A program made the translations under genes and the position numbers. From an uncultured Gammaproteobacteria bacterium (GTDB lineage Bacteria; Patescibacteriota; Patescibacteriia; SG8-24; DYFX01), in assembly GCA_964404275.1 (NCBI GenBank), contig CAYOJH010000005.1, positions 4,471 through 68,470 on the forward strand: a stretch of DNA of 64,000 nt, given 5' to 3'. Positions 45,568-54,277 of the stretch are shown in pieces; within the stretch, counting starts at the first letter, position 1, and each line of letters begins with the position of its first letter. The notes beneath the pieces were generated by a model. That model worked only from the letters and a program-made list of their open reading frames with translations. It made no database searches and had not been told where the DNA came from.

Positions 45568-46203
45568 ATGACGTTCGAAGGCTTTTCCCCCGCCGATCTC
45601 CGCCTTTTCCGCCGCTTGGACGCGCCGGCGAAAGTGCAGGATTTCGTGAACGCGATTCCGATCAACCGCGAGCCCGAAGGCGACACGGTCCTCTCCCCGC
45701 TCCGCGTGCTGCGGGAGAAGCGCGCGCATTGCGTCGAAGGCGCCATGCTGGCGGCCGCGATCTTCCGCTACCACGGCGAGAAACCCTTGATCGTCGACAT
45801 GGAAGCCGCGCCCTGGGATCAGGATCACGTGATCGCGGTCTTCAAGCGCCATGGCCACTGGGGCGCGATCTCGAAGACGAATCATCCCGTGCTGCGCTAT
45901 CGTGAGCCGGTCTATCGCACGATCCGCGAGCTGATCATGTCCTATTTTCACGAATACACGCCCGTCGGCGGCGAGAAGAAGACGCTGCGCGCCTATTCCC
46001 TGCCCGTCGATCTTTCGCGTTTTGATCGCGTCGGCTGGATGACGTCCGCCGAAAACGTTTGGGATGTCCCCTATTATCTTTGCGAAGTCAAGCACTATTC
46101 GATCCTGTCGCGCGCGCAGCTCGGATCGCTGCGAGAGCTCGATCCGATCGAGATCGAGACCAGCTCCCGCGAGGAGTGGCCCGCGAAAAAACGGGGCGAA
46201 TAA
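45568..46203 (+). CDS. Transglutaminase-like Cys-His hypothetical protein
   Basis: AHCVEGAMLAAA, DHVIAVF, WGAISK.N, LRYREPVY. Confidence 0.75.
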   Translation: MTFEGFSPADLRLFRRLDAPAKVQDFVNAIPINREPEGDTVLSPLRVLREKRAHCVEGAMLAAAIFRYHGEKPLIVDMEAAPWDQDHVIAVFKRHGHWGAISKTNHPVLRYREPVYRTIRELIMSYFHEYTPVGGEKKTLRAYSLPVDLSRFDRVGWMTSAENVWDVPYYLCEVKHYSILSRAQLGSLRELDPIEIETSSREEWPAKKRGE

Positions 46204-46265
46204 TCGCCCCTTCGATACTTGACAACCCGCAGCGGGTGTGATGATCTCTTGCCCGGAGGTGTCCC

Positions 46266-46589
46266 ATGGCTGTGGAACGAGTGATAGGCAAACTCGCGCA
46301 TTACGATGGAAGAACGGGCAAGAGATTGAGAGAGGACGGCGAATACGCCATCGCCATCGTGCTCAGCCGAAGACCGATCCCGGCCATCTACAAGTGTGCA
46401 CCGACGCTCAGCAGGCTGCTCAAGGAGATCAAGGAGAGCCCCGACGCCCCCCTTTTCATGAACGCCGACGCGGCGTCGTTGGATCCGGATGGCCTCGCTT
46501 GGAGCGACAAGGAAAAGAAGTCCTGCTACGAATTGAAGGCGCTCGCTCCGTCCGAACAGGAGCAAGTCCTTGCCGAGCTCAATCGCTAG
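46266..46589 (+). CDS. Hypothetical protein
   Basis: 107 aa, GGAGGT SD, TTGACA upstream at 46219. Confidence 0.65.
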   Translation: MAVERVIGKLAHYDGRTGKRLREDGEYAIAIVLSRRPIPAIYKCAPTLSRLLKEIKESPDAPLFMNADAASLDPDGLAWSDKEKKSCYELKALAPSEQEQVLAELNR

Positions 46590-46640
46590 CTTCATCGACG
46601 TCCTCAGCGGAGACGCGCCCACGGGCGCGTCATTTGTTTT

Positions 46641-47201
46641 TCATTTTTTCGCCGGGATTCCGCAGACCTGCGGCTCCGCGATCTTTTTCGCCAAGCTGAA
46701 GGTCGAAAGCAGCACGAGGAAAATTCCGAGCCACGAGAATTCGCGTCCGTGGAACGGGAGCGCCGACAGAACGCCGAGGGTCGCGCCGACGCCGAGCAGG
46801 CTGGCGAGCACGGCGGATCCGCAGGCGGCGCAGCCGATGCCGAGAATGCCGACCAGGATGCCGAGGAGGCTGGCGCCTGCGGCTTGATGCAGCTGCGCTT
46901 GCCGGCGCACGTAGCGCTCGATCAGCGCGACGTTCAGGCCGAACGCGAGCGCCAGCGCGTACGTCGTCCAAGCATGCTCGTGCAGCGCCAGGCGCCCGCC
47001 CCAGATCGTTTCGAGCGATGAGCGGACTTTCAGGGCCGCGCTGAATTGGTCGTCGCGGAAGATGAATTGCAGCAAGTTCCAGCTCGAAAACGTCATGGCG
47101 ATCACGAGCACCAAGAAAAAACCCGCGGCGGCGGCGAGCCAGCCTTCGGGACGCGAAAACGCTTCCTTGAAAGCGATCCTGAGATGTTCGAGGATTTTCA
47201 T
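46641..47201 (-). CDS. Membrane protein with GCAAC motif
   Basis: Four TMs, GIGCAACGS, C-terminal VCG; possible metal/redox role. Confidence 0.75.
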   Translation of the reverse strand: MKILEHLRIAFKEAFSRPEGWLAAAAGFFLVLVIAMTFSSWNLLQFIFRDDQFSAALKVRSSLETIWGGRLALHEHAWTTYALALAFGLNVALIERYVRRQAQLHQAAGASLLGILVGILGIGCAACGSAVLASLLGVGATLGVLSALPFHGREFSWLGIFLVLLSTFSLAKKIAEPQVCGIPAKK

Positions 47202-47255
47202 GCGTTTTGACGGCTTCTGCTTCGCATGATAGCGTCGCCATCGGGAGGAAGCAAC

Positions 47256-47708
47256 GTGTTCAAACCTCAACAGCATGTCGTCGACGCCTACCATCGCCTG
47301 ATCAGTTGCGTCTACGCCCAGCTTCTGCGCCTGTCTTGGAAGCGCGAAACGTCCGATCCGATCCACACGCACGACGGTTGGACGCCGGACAAGCCGGAAT
47401 GCGGCCAGAGCGCGGTGACCGCGTTGCTCGTGCAGGAACGGCTCGGCGGCGAGATCCTGATGATGACCGCCAACAACGGACGCCGGCACTTCTACAACCG
47501 GCTGGCCAACGGCTATCTCCTGGACTTCGTCCTGCCGCTCTCCGAGCAGACGCCGCATCCGCACAGCGCGCCGATCAGCCGCGAAGCCCTGCTCCGCTCC
47601 GAGCTCCACGTGGAATCGCGATTCGACTATCTGAAGGATCGCTTCAACCACGCCGAGGAAGTCCTCAAGAGCTATCGCGAATCGCTCAGAACGCAAACCC
47701 CGACCTAA
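47256..47708 (+). CDS. YunG-like protein
   Basis: W....P..GQSAVTALLVQ..LGGEI...HFYN; GTG start with GGAGG SD. Confidence 0.7.
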   Translation: MFKPQQHVVDAYHRLISCVYAQLLRLSWKRETSDPIHTHDGWTPDKPECGQSAVTALLVQERLGGEILMMTANNGRRHFYNRLANGYLLDFVLPLSEQTPHPHSAPISREALLRSELHVESRFDYLKDRFNHAEEVLKSYRESLRTQTPT

Positions 47709-47734
47709 GAGGCCGGGGCTTTTTATCGACGCGT

Positions 47735-48025
47735 TCAAACGCCGAGGATCGCGCGAAGCTCTTCGGACGGTTCCCAGGGCGGATCGAAGGTGACCTCGAT
47801 GTCGACGACGCGCAGGCCGAGCATGAGCAGGCTCTGTTTCAATTCGCCGAGCAGCTGCGGGCCGTACGGGCAGAGCGGCGTGGTGAAAGTCATGCGGACG
47901 TTCACCTGCTCTTCGTCTTCGGACAATTCGAAACCGTAGATCAAGCCGAGCGTCCAGATGTCGATATGGAGTTCCGGATCCTGCGTGTGCTTGAAGACTT
48001 CCGTGATTTTTTCTTTCATCGTCAT
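47735..48025 (-). CDS. DUF59/SufT metal-sulfur cluster assembly factor
   Basis: DPEL.IDI..LGLIY, MTFTTPLCP, FDPPW. Confidence 0.9.
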   Translation of the reverse strand: MTMKEKITEVFKHTQDPELHIDIWTLGLIYGFELSEDEEQVNVRMTFTTPLCPYGPQLLGELKQSLLMLGLRVVDIEVTFDPPWEPSEELRAILGV

Positions 48026-48026
48026 A

Positions 48027-48764
48027 TCAGCGGGTAAGAGACTCGTAGCCTTCCGTGCCGATCCGTTCCGCCAGCTCGTGACCGCCTTCCGCGACGATCA
48101 TCCCGTCTTTCATCACATGCACGACGTCGGGCTTCAGCGCTTCGAGCAATTTCGGATTGTGGCTGATGACCAGGATGCCGATCTTCGGGCCGCGCAGCTT
48201 GGAGAGCCCGTCCGTCACGATCTTGAGCGCGTCGACGTCGAGGCCGGAATCGGTTTCGTCGAGCACCGCGTAAGCGGGATCGAGCACCGCGAGCTGCAGG
48301 ACTTCCGCGCGTTTCTTTTCTCCGCCCGAGAAGCCCGTGTTCAGATGGCGTCGCGCGAAGGTCGGATCGATCTTCAAATCTTCCATGCGCGCCTGAAGCA
48401 GCGCGTGGAACTCAAGCACCGAAAGCGGCGCAGTTTTCACGGCGTTGAAGGCGGTGCGCAGGAAGCTCGAAAGCGTCACGCCGGGAATTTCCGGCGTCGA
48501 CTGCATCGAGAGGAACAGTCCCGCTTTGGCGCGCTCATGCGGCGCAGCCCCGGTGATGTCCTGGCCGTCGAGCAGGATCTTGCCGTCCGTAACTTCGTAC
48601 TTCGGATGGCCGGCCAGCGCGTTGGCGAACGTCGATTTGCCGGAGCCGTTCGGTCCCATCAGCGCGTGCACCTCGCCCTTCTTCACTTCAATCGAAACGC
48701 CTTTGACGATCTCTTGGCCGTCGCGCGCGACTTTCAAATTTTCGATCTTGAGGGATTGATTCAT
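48027..48764 (-). CDS. sufC: Fe-S assembly ATPase
   Basis: GPNGSGKST, GHPKY, FSGGEKKR, LDETDSGLD. Confidence 0.96.
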   Translation of the reverse strand: MNQSLKIENLKVARDGQEIVKGVSIEVKKGEVHALMGPNGSGKSTFANALAGHPKYEVTDGKILLDGQDITGAAPHERAKAGLFLSMQSTPEIPGVTLSSFLRTAFNAVKTAPLSVLEFHALLQARMEDLKIDPTFARRHLNTGFSGGEKKRAEVLQLAVLDPAYAVLDETDSGLDVDALKIVTDGLSKLRGPKIGILVISHNPKLLEALKPDVVHVMKDGMIVAEGGHELAERIGTEGYESLTR

Positions 48765-48770
48765 ATTTTT

Positions 48771-48805
48771 TGTCATCCTGAACGAAGTGAGGGATCTGTA
48801 TGACA
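48771..48805. repeat. Partial REP-like element forming the sufU 3' end
   Basis: TGTCATCCTGAACGAAGTGAGGGATCTGTATGACA. Confidence 0.55.
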
Positions 48806-49165
48806 TGCGAGAGCAGACTTGAGCGTTCGGAGCGAGAGCATCGCGCACTTCAACCGCATCGGACCGACGTCGATACCGAGCATCTTGAGGATGTCCGTTT
48901 CGGAAAGTCGTTCCGCTTCTTCCACCGTCATGCCTTTCAGCGCGTCGGTCAGCATCGAGACGGAGGCCTGGCTGACGGCGCAGCCCGTGCCGTCGAACTT
49001 CACGGCCTCGATCTTCCCATGCGCGTCGGTTTGGAGAAAGAGCTCGATCACGTCGCCGCAGCTCGGATTGAGTTCCCGCGCGTGAAGCTGCGCAGCTTCA
49101 AGCCGACCCGCGTTGTGCGGGTGCTTGTAGTGGTCGAGGATGTTTTCCATGTAGAGTTCTTCCAT
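48773..49165 (-). CDS. sufU: SufU/IscU-type scaffold
   Basis: ILDHY..PHN.G, NPSCGD, GCAVS.AS, RLKCA. Confidence 0.9.
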   Translation of the reverse strand: MEELYMENILDHYKHPHNAGRLEAAQLHARELNPSCGDVIELFLQTDAHGKIEAVKFDGTGCAVSQASVSMLTDALKGMTVEEAERLSETDILKMLGIDVGPMRLKCAMLSLRTLKSALACHTDPSLRSG

Positions 49166-49174
49166 AGCGTTCTT

Positions 49175-49242
49175 TGTCATTCCAGCGAAAGCTGGAATCC
49201 AGTCCATTAGCGTACTGGATCCCTGCGTTCGCAGGGATGACA
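49175..49242. repeat. Palindromic REP/MITE-like element, copy 1
   Basis: TGTCATTCCAGCGAAAGCTGGAATCCAG...CTGGATCCCTGCGTTCGCAGGGATGACA. Confidence 0.85.
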
Positions 49243-49250
49243 TCATCAGT

Positions 49251-50498
49251 TCAAAGCTTCAAAACTTTTTTAGCTTTCACAATCGCGGCGACGAGCGTGT
49301 CGACGTCTTCTTTTCCGTTGTAGACGCCGAAGCTCGCACGGCAGGTGCCGGTGAGACCGAGCCTGTTCATGAGCGGCATCGCGCAGTGATGTCCGCCGCG
49401 CACGGCCACGCCTTCGCGATCGAGCAGCGTGGCCAGATCGTGCGGATGCGCGCCGGCGACTTCGAAGGAAATGACGCCAATCCTTGCCTGACGCAAAAAC
49501 TGACGGCCGTCGGTTTTTGCGTCAGCGCCCCGAGGACCGATCAGGCGGAGCCCGGACACTGCCGAAAACTTTTCCAGCGCGTAGGCCGTGAGCTCGCAAT
49601 CATGCGTTTCGATCGCGTCCATGCCGATCGCATTGAGATAGCCGATCGCCGCGCCGAGACCGATCACGCCGGCGATGTTCGGCGTCCCCGCTTCGAATTT
49701 CATCGGAGCGTCATTCCAGGTCGAGGCTTCGTATTTCACTTCGCGAATCATGTCGCCGCCGTACTGCGCGGGCTCCATCTTTTCCAAGAGCGCTTTCTTG
49801 CCGTAGAGCACGCCGACGCCGGTCGGACCGTACGCTTTATGCGCGGAAAAGGTCAGGAAATCGCAATCGAGATCGCGCACGTTCACTTTCATATGCGGCA
49901 CGGACTGCGCGGCGTCCAGAATGAAGATCGCGCCGACGGCGTGCGCGAGCGCGGCGAGCTCCTTGGCCGGAGTGATCGTGCCGAGCACGTTCGACGCATG
50001 GACGATCGATACCGCCTTCGTCTTCGAGGTGATGAGCGCGCGCGCCGCGTCCATGTCGAGGAGATATTCGCTCGTGAGCGGAATGAATTTCAGCGCGAAT
50101 CCGTGGCGTTTGGCGGCTTCTTGCCACGGCACCAGGTTGGCGTGATGTTCCATCTCGGTCAGCACGACTTCGTCGCCGGGACCGAACGTACGGCCAAGCG
50201 AGGACGCGAGGAGATTCAGCGCTTCCGTCGTGCCTTTGGTGAAAACGATTTCTTCCGGCGCGGCGGCATTCAAAAATTTCGCGACGATGCCGCGCACGGC
50301 CTCGTAGCGTTCGGTCGCCTCCCCCGCCGTCTTGTACATGCCGCGATGCACGTTGGCGCGGAAATTTTTGTAGTACGCGTTCATCGCCTCGATGACCGAG
50401 ACTGGCGTGAGCGACGAAGCGGCCGAATCCAAGTAGGCTCGCGTGCCCATGGCATGGAGCGAAGGAAAATCCTTTTGGATGTCCTGAGGCATTTTCAT
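49251..50498 (-). CDS. sufS: Cysteine desulfurase
   Basis: YLDSAA, ANVHRG, EHHAN, SAHK, FEAGTP, RGGHHCA. Confidence 0.96.
   Translation of the reverse strand: MKMPQDIQKDFPSLHAMGTRAYLDSAASSLTPVSVIEAMNAYYKNFRANVHRGMYKTAGEATERYEAVRGIVAKFLNAAAPEEIVFTKGTTEALNLLASSLGRTFGPGDEVVLTEMEHHANLVPWQEAAKRHGFALKFIPLTSEYLLDMDAARALITSKTKAVSIVHASNVLGTITPAKELAALAHAVGAIFILDAAQSVPHMKVNVRDLDCDFLTFSAHKAYGPTGVGVLYGKKALLEKMEPAQYGGDMIREVKYEASTWNDAPMKFEAGTPNIAGVIGLGAAIGYLNAIGMDAIETHDCELTAYALEKFSAVSGLRLIGPRGADAKTDGRQFLRQARIGVISFEVAGAHPHDLATLLDREGVAVRGGHHCAMPLMNRLGLTGTCRASFGVYNGKEDVDTLVAAIVKAKKVLKL
49488..49525. repeat. 38-bp near-perfect palindrome in-frame in sufS
   Basis: CTGACGCAAAAACTGACGGCCGTCGGTTTTTGCGTCAG. Confidence 0.8.
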
Positions 50499-50499
50499 A

Positions 50500-51330
50500 T
50501 CAAGAAAGCTTGGAGAGATACGGCTCGACGAACGCTTCGATCAGGATCGCTTCGGCAGATGCGCGATCGAGGCCGCGCGACATAAGATAAAACAATTTCT
50601 CGGCATCGAGGCGTCCAACCGTGGCGGCGTGCGAGCAGCGCACGTCCTGGTTCTCGATTTCGAGCATCGGCACCGCGTCGATTTCGGACGCGTCGGAGAG
50701 CAGTAGCGTTTCCTCTTTCTGGCGGCTGATGCAGCCTGGAGCATTCTTCTCGACCCGCACGAGACCGCGAACGATCGCCTTGGCATCGCCCGAAAGCACG
50801 CTGCCGACGCGCAGGCTGGAGACCGTGCGCGGGGCGAGATGGAAGATTTCGTGCTTCATGTCGAAGCGCTGGCGATTCGTGCCGCGGAGCAAACTCGTCG
50901 CTTCGACTTCGGCGCCTTCGCCCTCAAGACGCGTCACGAACAACGCGCGCGCGAAATTCGGAACGGAGCATTCGTCGATCCATTCCAGTTTCGCGTTCTT
51001 GGCGAGACGCGCTTCGCGTCGCACGAACTCGACGTCGGCTTTCGCCCTCGTCACGTACGTGACCCGCGCGCCTTCGCCGATTTCCAAATCGATGGACATT
51101 TCGCGCGCGCCTTCCGACGTTTCAACCAAGCGAACCTGCGCGCGCGCACCGATGGTCATTGCCACATCCGTCGCGCCTGAGGGGATTTCAATCGCCACCG
51201 TGCCGGCCTCCTGGCCGTCCGAAATCGTGTACGTCAATTTTTTGCGGGCGCGGAAAATTGCCCGGTCGAAACCTTCCGGGGATTCGGGCATGAAGATGCC
51301 GATGCCGTATTTGAGAAGTTTGGTCGCCAT
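50500..51330 (-). CDS. sufD: SufD-family protein (short)
   Basis: LEGEGA, LLLSDASEID..P.LEI, DVRCSHAATVG, FYLMSRG. Confidence 0.88.
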   Translation of the reverse strand: MATKLLKYGIGIFMPESPEGFDRAIFRARKKLTYTISDGQEAGTVAIEIPSGATDVAMTIGARAQVRLVETSEGAREMSIDLEIGEGARVTYVTRAKADVEFVRREARLAKNAKLEWIDECSVPNFARALFVTRLEGEGAEVEATSLLRGTNRQRFDMKHEIFHLAPRTVSSLRVGSVLSGDAKAIVRGLVRVEKNAPGCISRQKEETLLLSDASEIDAVPMLEIENQDVRCSHAATVGRLDAEKLFYLMSRGLDRASAEAILIEAFVEPYLSKLS

Positions 51331-51331
51331 A

Positions 51332-52720
51332 TCAGCCGACGGAACCTTCCATTTCGAGTTCGATGAGCTTGTTGAGCTCGACCGCGTATTCGAGCGGCAG
51401 CGACCGCACGATCGGTTCGACGAAGCCGCTCACGATCATGCGCATGGCCGCTTCGTGCGAGAGGCCGCGCGACATGAGATAGAACAGTTCTTCTTCGCCG
51501 ATCTTGCCGACGTTCGCTTCATGCGCGACGTCGATCTTGTCGGTTGTCACCTTCATGAACGGATACGTATTCGAAACCGAGCCTTCGTCGATCAGAAGCG
51601 CATCGCAGGCCACGCTCGACTTCGAGCCTTCGGCCGCGGGCGTCGCGCTGACGTAGCCGCGATACGAAGAGATGCCGCCGCCTTTCGAGATGCTCTTGGC
51701 GCGGATCGTGCTCGTGGTGTTGGGCGCGGCGTGAATCACTTTCGAGCCCGTGTCCTGATTCTGACCGGGACCGGCGAACGCGACGCCGAGCGCGTGCGAC
51801 TGCGAACCTTCGCCGCGCAAAATCGAGCAGGGATAGAGCATCGTGACGCCCGAACCCATGTTGCCGTTGACCCATTCGACGACGCCGTTCTTGTCGACGA
51901 CGGCGCGCTTGGTGTTCAGGTTATACGTGTTTTTGCTCCAGTTCTCGACGCTCGAATAGCGGATGCGCGCACCTTCGTGTACGTGCAGCTCAACGCAGCC
52001 TGCGTGGATCGAGCTCGCGTTGTAGCGCGGCGCGGAGCAGCCTTCGATGTACTGCACCTCTGACCCTGCGTCGGCGATGATCAGCGTGTGCTCGAACTGG
52101 CCGCCGCGTTCGGCGTTCATGCGGAAGTAGGCTTGCAGCGGAACGTTGACCTTCACGCCTTTCGGCACGTAGATGAAAGTGCCGCCGCTCCAGACCGCGG
52201 CGTGCAGCATGATGAACTTGTGGTCGTGCGGCGGGATGCAATCCGTCATGAAGTATTTCTTCACGAGTTCCGGATATTTCTGCACCGCGACATCCATGTT
52301 CTCGAAGATCACGCCTTTCTCTTCCCATTCTTTTTTCAAATTGTGATACACGACTTCGGAGTCGTACTGCGCGCCGACGCCCGAAAGCGCGTGGCGTTCC
52401 GCTTCCGGGATACCAAGCTTCTCGAACGTCTCGCGGATCTTGTCCGGCACCGTGGCCCACGATTGCGATTCTTCCGCATCGGGGCGCACGAAATACGTGA
52501 TCTGTTCGAGATCGAGTTTCGACAGATCCGGTCCCCAACTCGGCATCGGCGTGCGCTTGAACATCTCGAAGGACTTGAGACGCAGGTTCAACATCCAATC
52601 TGGTTCGTTCTTCGACGCTGAAATTTCCCGGACGACGTCCTCCGTCAGTCCGAGTCCGGCCGCGTGACGGGTCACGCCCGTCGCCGCTTTGTCGTAGACG
52701 TCGCGGAATTGATCAGCCAT
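51332..52720 (-). CDS. sufB: Fe-S assembly protein SufB
   Basis: GVGAQYDSE, WSGGTF, GQFEHTLI, EGCSAP, YNLNTKR, LPLEYAVE. Confidence 0.97.
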   Translation of the reverse strand: MADQFRDVYDKAATGVTRHAAGLGLTEDVVREISASKNEPDWMLNLRLKSFEMFKRTPMPSWGPDLSKLDLEQITYFVRPDAEESQSWATVPDKIRETFEKLGIPEAERHALSGVGAQYDSEVVYHNLKKEWEEKGVIFENMDVAVQKYPELVKKYFMTDCIPPHDHKFIMLHAAVWSGGTFIYVPKGVKVNVPLQAYFRMNAERGGQFEHTLIIADAGSEVQYIEGCSAPRYNASSIHAGCVELHVHEGARIRYSSVENWSKNTYNLNTKRAVVDKNGVVEWVNGNMGSGVTMLYPCSILRGEGSQSHALGVAFAGPGQNQDTGSKVIHAAPNTTSTIRAKSISKGGGISSYRGYVSATPAAEGSKSSVACDALLIDEGSVSNTYPFMKVTTDKIDVAHEANVGKIGEEELFYLMSRGLSHEAAMRMIVSGFVEPIVRSLPLEYAVELNKLIELEMEGSVG

Positions 52721-52721
52721 A

Positions 52722-53114
52722 TCATTTTGCTACGTCGGCGATCGTGGTGTTCATCAACGTCGCCATGACCTGGCCCTGCACTTTGGTGAGGATGCCGGCG
52801 TCATGATGATGCGCGACCGCCGTACACGCTTCGCGCTCCATCGGTCCTTCGACCGCCTGCATGACTTCGGCAACCGTCAGCGTCTTCGGATCGCGCACCA
52901 AACGATACCCGCCCGCCGCGCCGCGCACGCCCTCGATGATCTTTCCGCGGCGTAAGTCGGCCGCGACTTCTTCCAAGAACTTGCGCGACTCCCCGCTCTT
53001 CTTGGCCACTTCCTCAATCGAAAGCGGACCAGCATCCTGAGAACGCTGGGCGAGCTCCGAAACGAGGTACAGGCCCAACTGGGCCTTGCGAGTGACTTTG
53101 AGGAGGGAGTGCAT
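52722..53114 (-). CDS. Rrf2-family transcriptional regulator
   Basis: FLEEV...LRR, GVRGAAGGYRL, AVEGP. Confidence 0.9.
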   Translation of the reverse strand: MHSLLKVTRKAQLGLYLVSELAQRSQDAGPLSIEEVAKKSGESRKFLEEVAADLRRGKIIEGVRGAAGGYRLVRDPKTLTVAEVMQAVEGPMEREACTAVAHHHDAGILTKVQGQVMATLMNTTIADVAK

Positions 53115-53121
53115 GACATCA

Positions 53122-53189
53122 TGTCATCCCTGCGAAAGCAGGGATCCAGTACCTTAATGAACTGGATTCCAGCTTTCGCTGGAATGACA
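53122..53189. repeat. Palindromic REP/MITE-like element, copy 2 (inverted relative to copy 1)
   Basis: Reverse complement nearly identical to 49175-49242. Confidence 0.85.
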
Positions 53190-53193
53190 AAGC

Positions 53194-53247
53194 TTAATTC
53201 CTAGTGTCTTACTGGGAATTAATATCATGCCAATAGAATAAGGTCAA
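53194..53247 (-). promoter_or_regulatory. suf promoter with overlapping palindromic operator
   Basis: TTGACC-N17-TATTAA; palindrome TTAATTCCTAGT-N5-ACTGGGAATTAA at 53194-53222. Confidence 0.7.
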
Positions 53248-53263
53248 GGGACTCATTTGCCAC

Positions 53264-53292
53264 TTGACAAAACCGCATTTTTATGCTATATT
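53264..53292 (+). promoter_or_regulatory. Sigma70 promoter
   Basis: TTGACA-N17-TATATT with TG extension. Confidence 0.7.
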
Positions 53293-53391
53293 TAGGCGTT
53301 CGAAAATCCTGATCGTTATGGTCAGGTCAGCCGCAAGGCTCAGGGGTTGTCTCTGCCCTATCAGAGATCGTTCGTTCGAAAGGAGGCCGTT

Positions 53392-53703
53392 ATGGCCGAT
53401 ACGAAGGAAGTCAAGGTCAAGATCACCGATGGTCCGCCCAGGGACGCATTCATCGCCGCGCTATTCTTCCATTCAGAGAAGACGCCTTTCCAGGTGACCT
53501 TCACTCTCGAACCGACGGAGGACGAGCCCGACGGTTGCGGCATCAACAACTATTGGCGCCCGCAGGTCGTCATCACTGGCGCCGACCGTGAGCTCGGCTG
53601 CGAACATGGCTGGAACTTCAGAGGCCGCATCTGGCATACGGGTCGCGAATTCACCTGCAACTACGACACCAGAAGCCGCACCGGATATTTCATCACCAAG
53701 TAA
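53392..53703 (+). CDS. Hypothetical protein
   Basis: 103 aa, AAGGAGG SD, own promoter and terminator. Confidence 0.75.
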   Translation: MADTKEVKVKITDGPPRDAFIAALFFHSEKTPFQVTFTLEPTEDEPDGCGINNYWRPQVVITGADRELGCEHGWNFRGRIWHTGREFTCNYDTRSRTGYFITK

Positions 53704-53716
53704 AGCACCCGCACGA

Positions 53717-53752
53717 AGAGCACCCCTCGCTCTCGCGACGGGTGCTCTTTGT
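53717..53752 (+). terminator. Intrinsic terminator
   Basis: AAGAGCACCC...GGGTGCTCTTTGT. Confidence 0.65.
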
Positions 53753-53812
53753 TTCTCTTGACAGGTGCGAACATTTTCATTACGTTCTTGCCACCCCACA
53801 GGAAGGTCTTTC

Positions 53813-54277
53813 ATGCACGCGACGTTCACGAAAATCACTGATGCCACCCAGAATTTCCGCCGGCTCGAACAGATGGTCAAGGAAGGCGGCGTGAAGCTGC
53901 GCACCAAGAAGGGCCAGCCGTGGTACGAATGCTACCGCGATGCGACCTCGCGGAAGGCGCGGCTCATGATCACCTGCCAGGTCGACGGCGCCTTCGATCC
54001 GAAGGATCCGAACCAGTGGCACGCCTTCACGGGCTTTGCCTTCGGAGGGACGCCGCGCAGCGACAGCGCGTTCATCGATGTCGTCTGGGAGGAGAAGACG
54101 GGGTGGACGGTCCACTGCAACATCGACGATCGCCACGACAAGACGATCCCCGAATGGATGCGGCCGCTCGTCAAGAAGCACGGGCTCAAGACGAAGCCGA
54201 CCCGTTGCAGCGCGGAGAAGGCCATCAGCGTCATGACAGGCTGCCTCGCGCTCTATCGCGAGCTCGCTGTGGCCTGA
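53813..54277 (+). CDS. Hypothetical protein
   Basis: 154 aa, AGGAAGG SD, TTGACA-N17-TACGTT at 53758-53786. Confidence 0.72.
   Translation: MHATFTKITDATQNFRRLEQMVKEGGVKLRTKKGQPWYECYRDATSRKARLMITCQVDGAFDPKDPNQWHAFTGFAFGGTPRSDSAFIDVVWEEKTGWTVHCNIDDRHDKTIPEWMRPLVKKHGLKTKPTRCSAEKAISVMTGCLALYRELAVA

Noticed and set aside
44860-47710. Integrated element at the tmRNA 3' end
   Set aside because: No integrase and no duplicated ssrA 3' end seen
49166-49246. SufU N-terminal extension (MDWIPAFAGMT)
   Set aside because: Translation of the palindromic repeat, not part of SufU
49175-53189. Composite transposon carrying suf genes
   Set aside because: No transposase or target-site duplication, and the operon continues beyond the repeat
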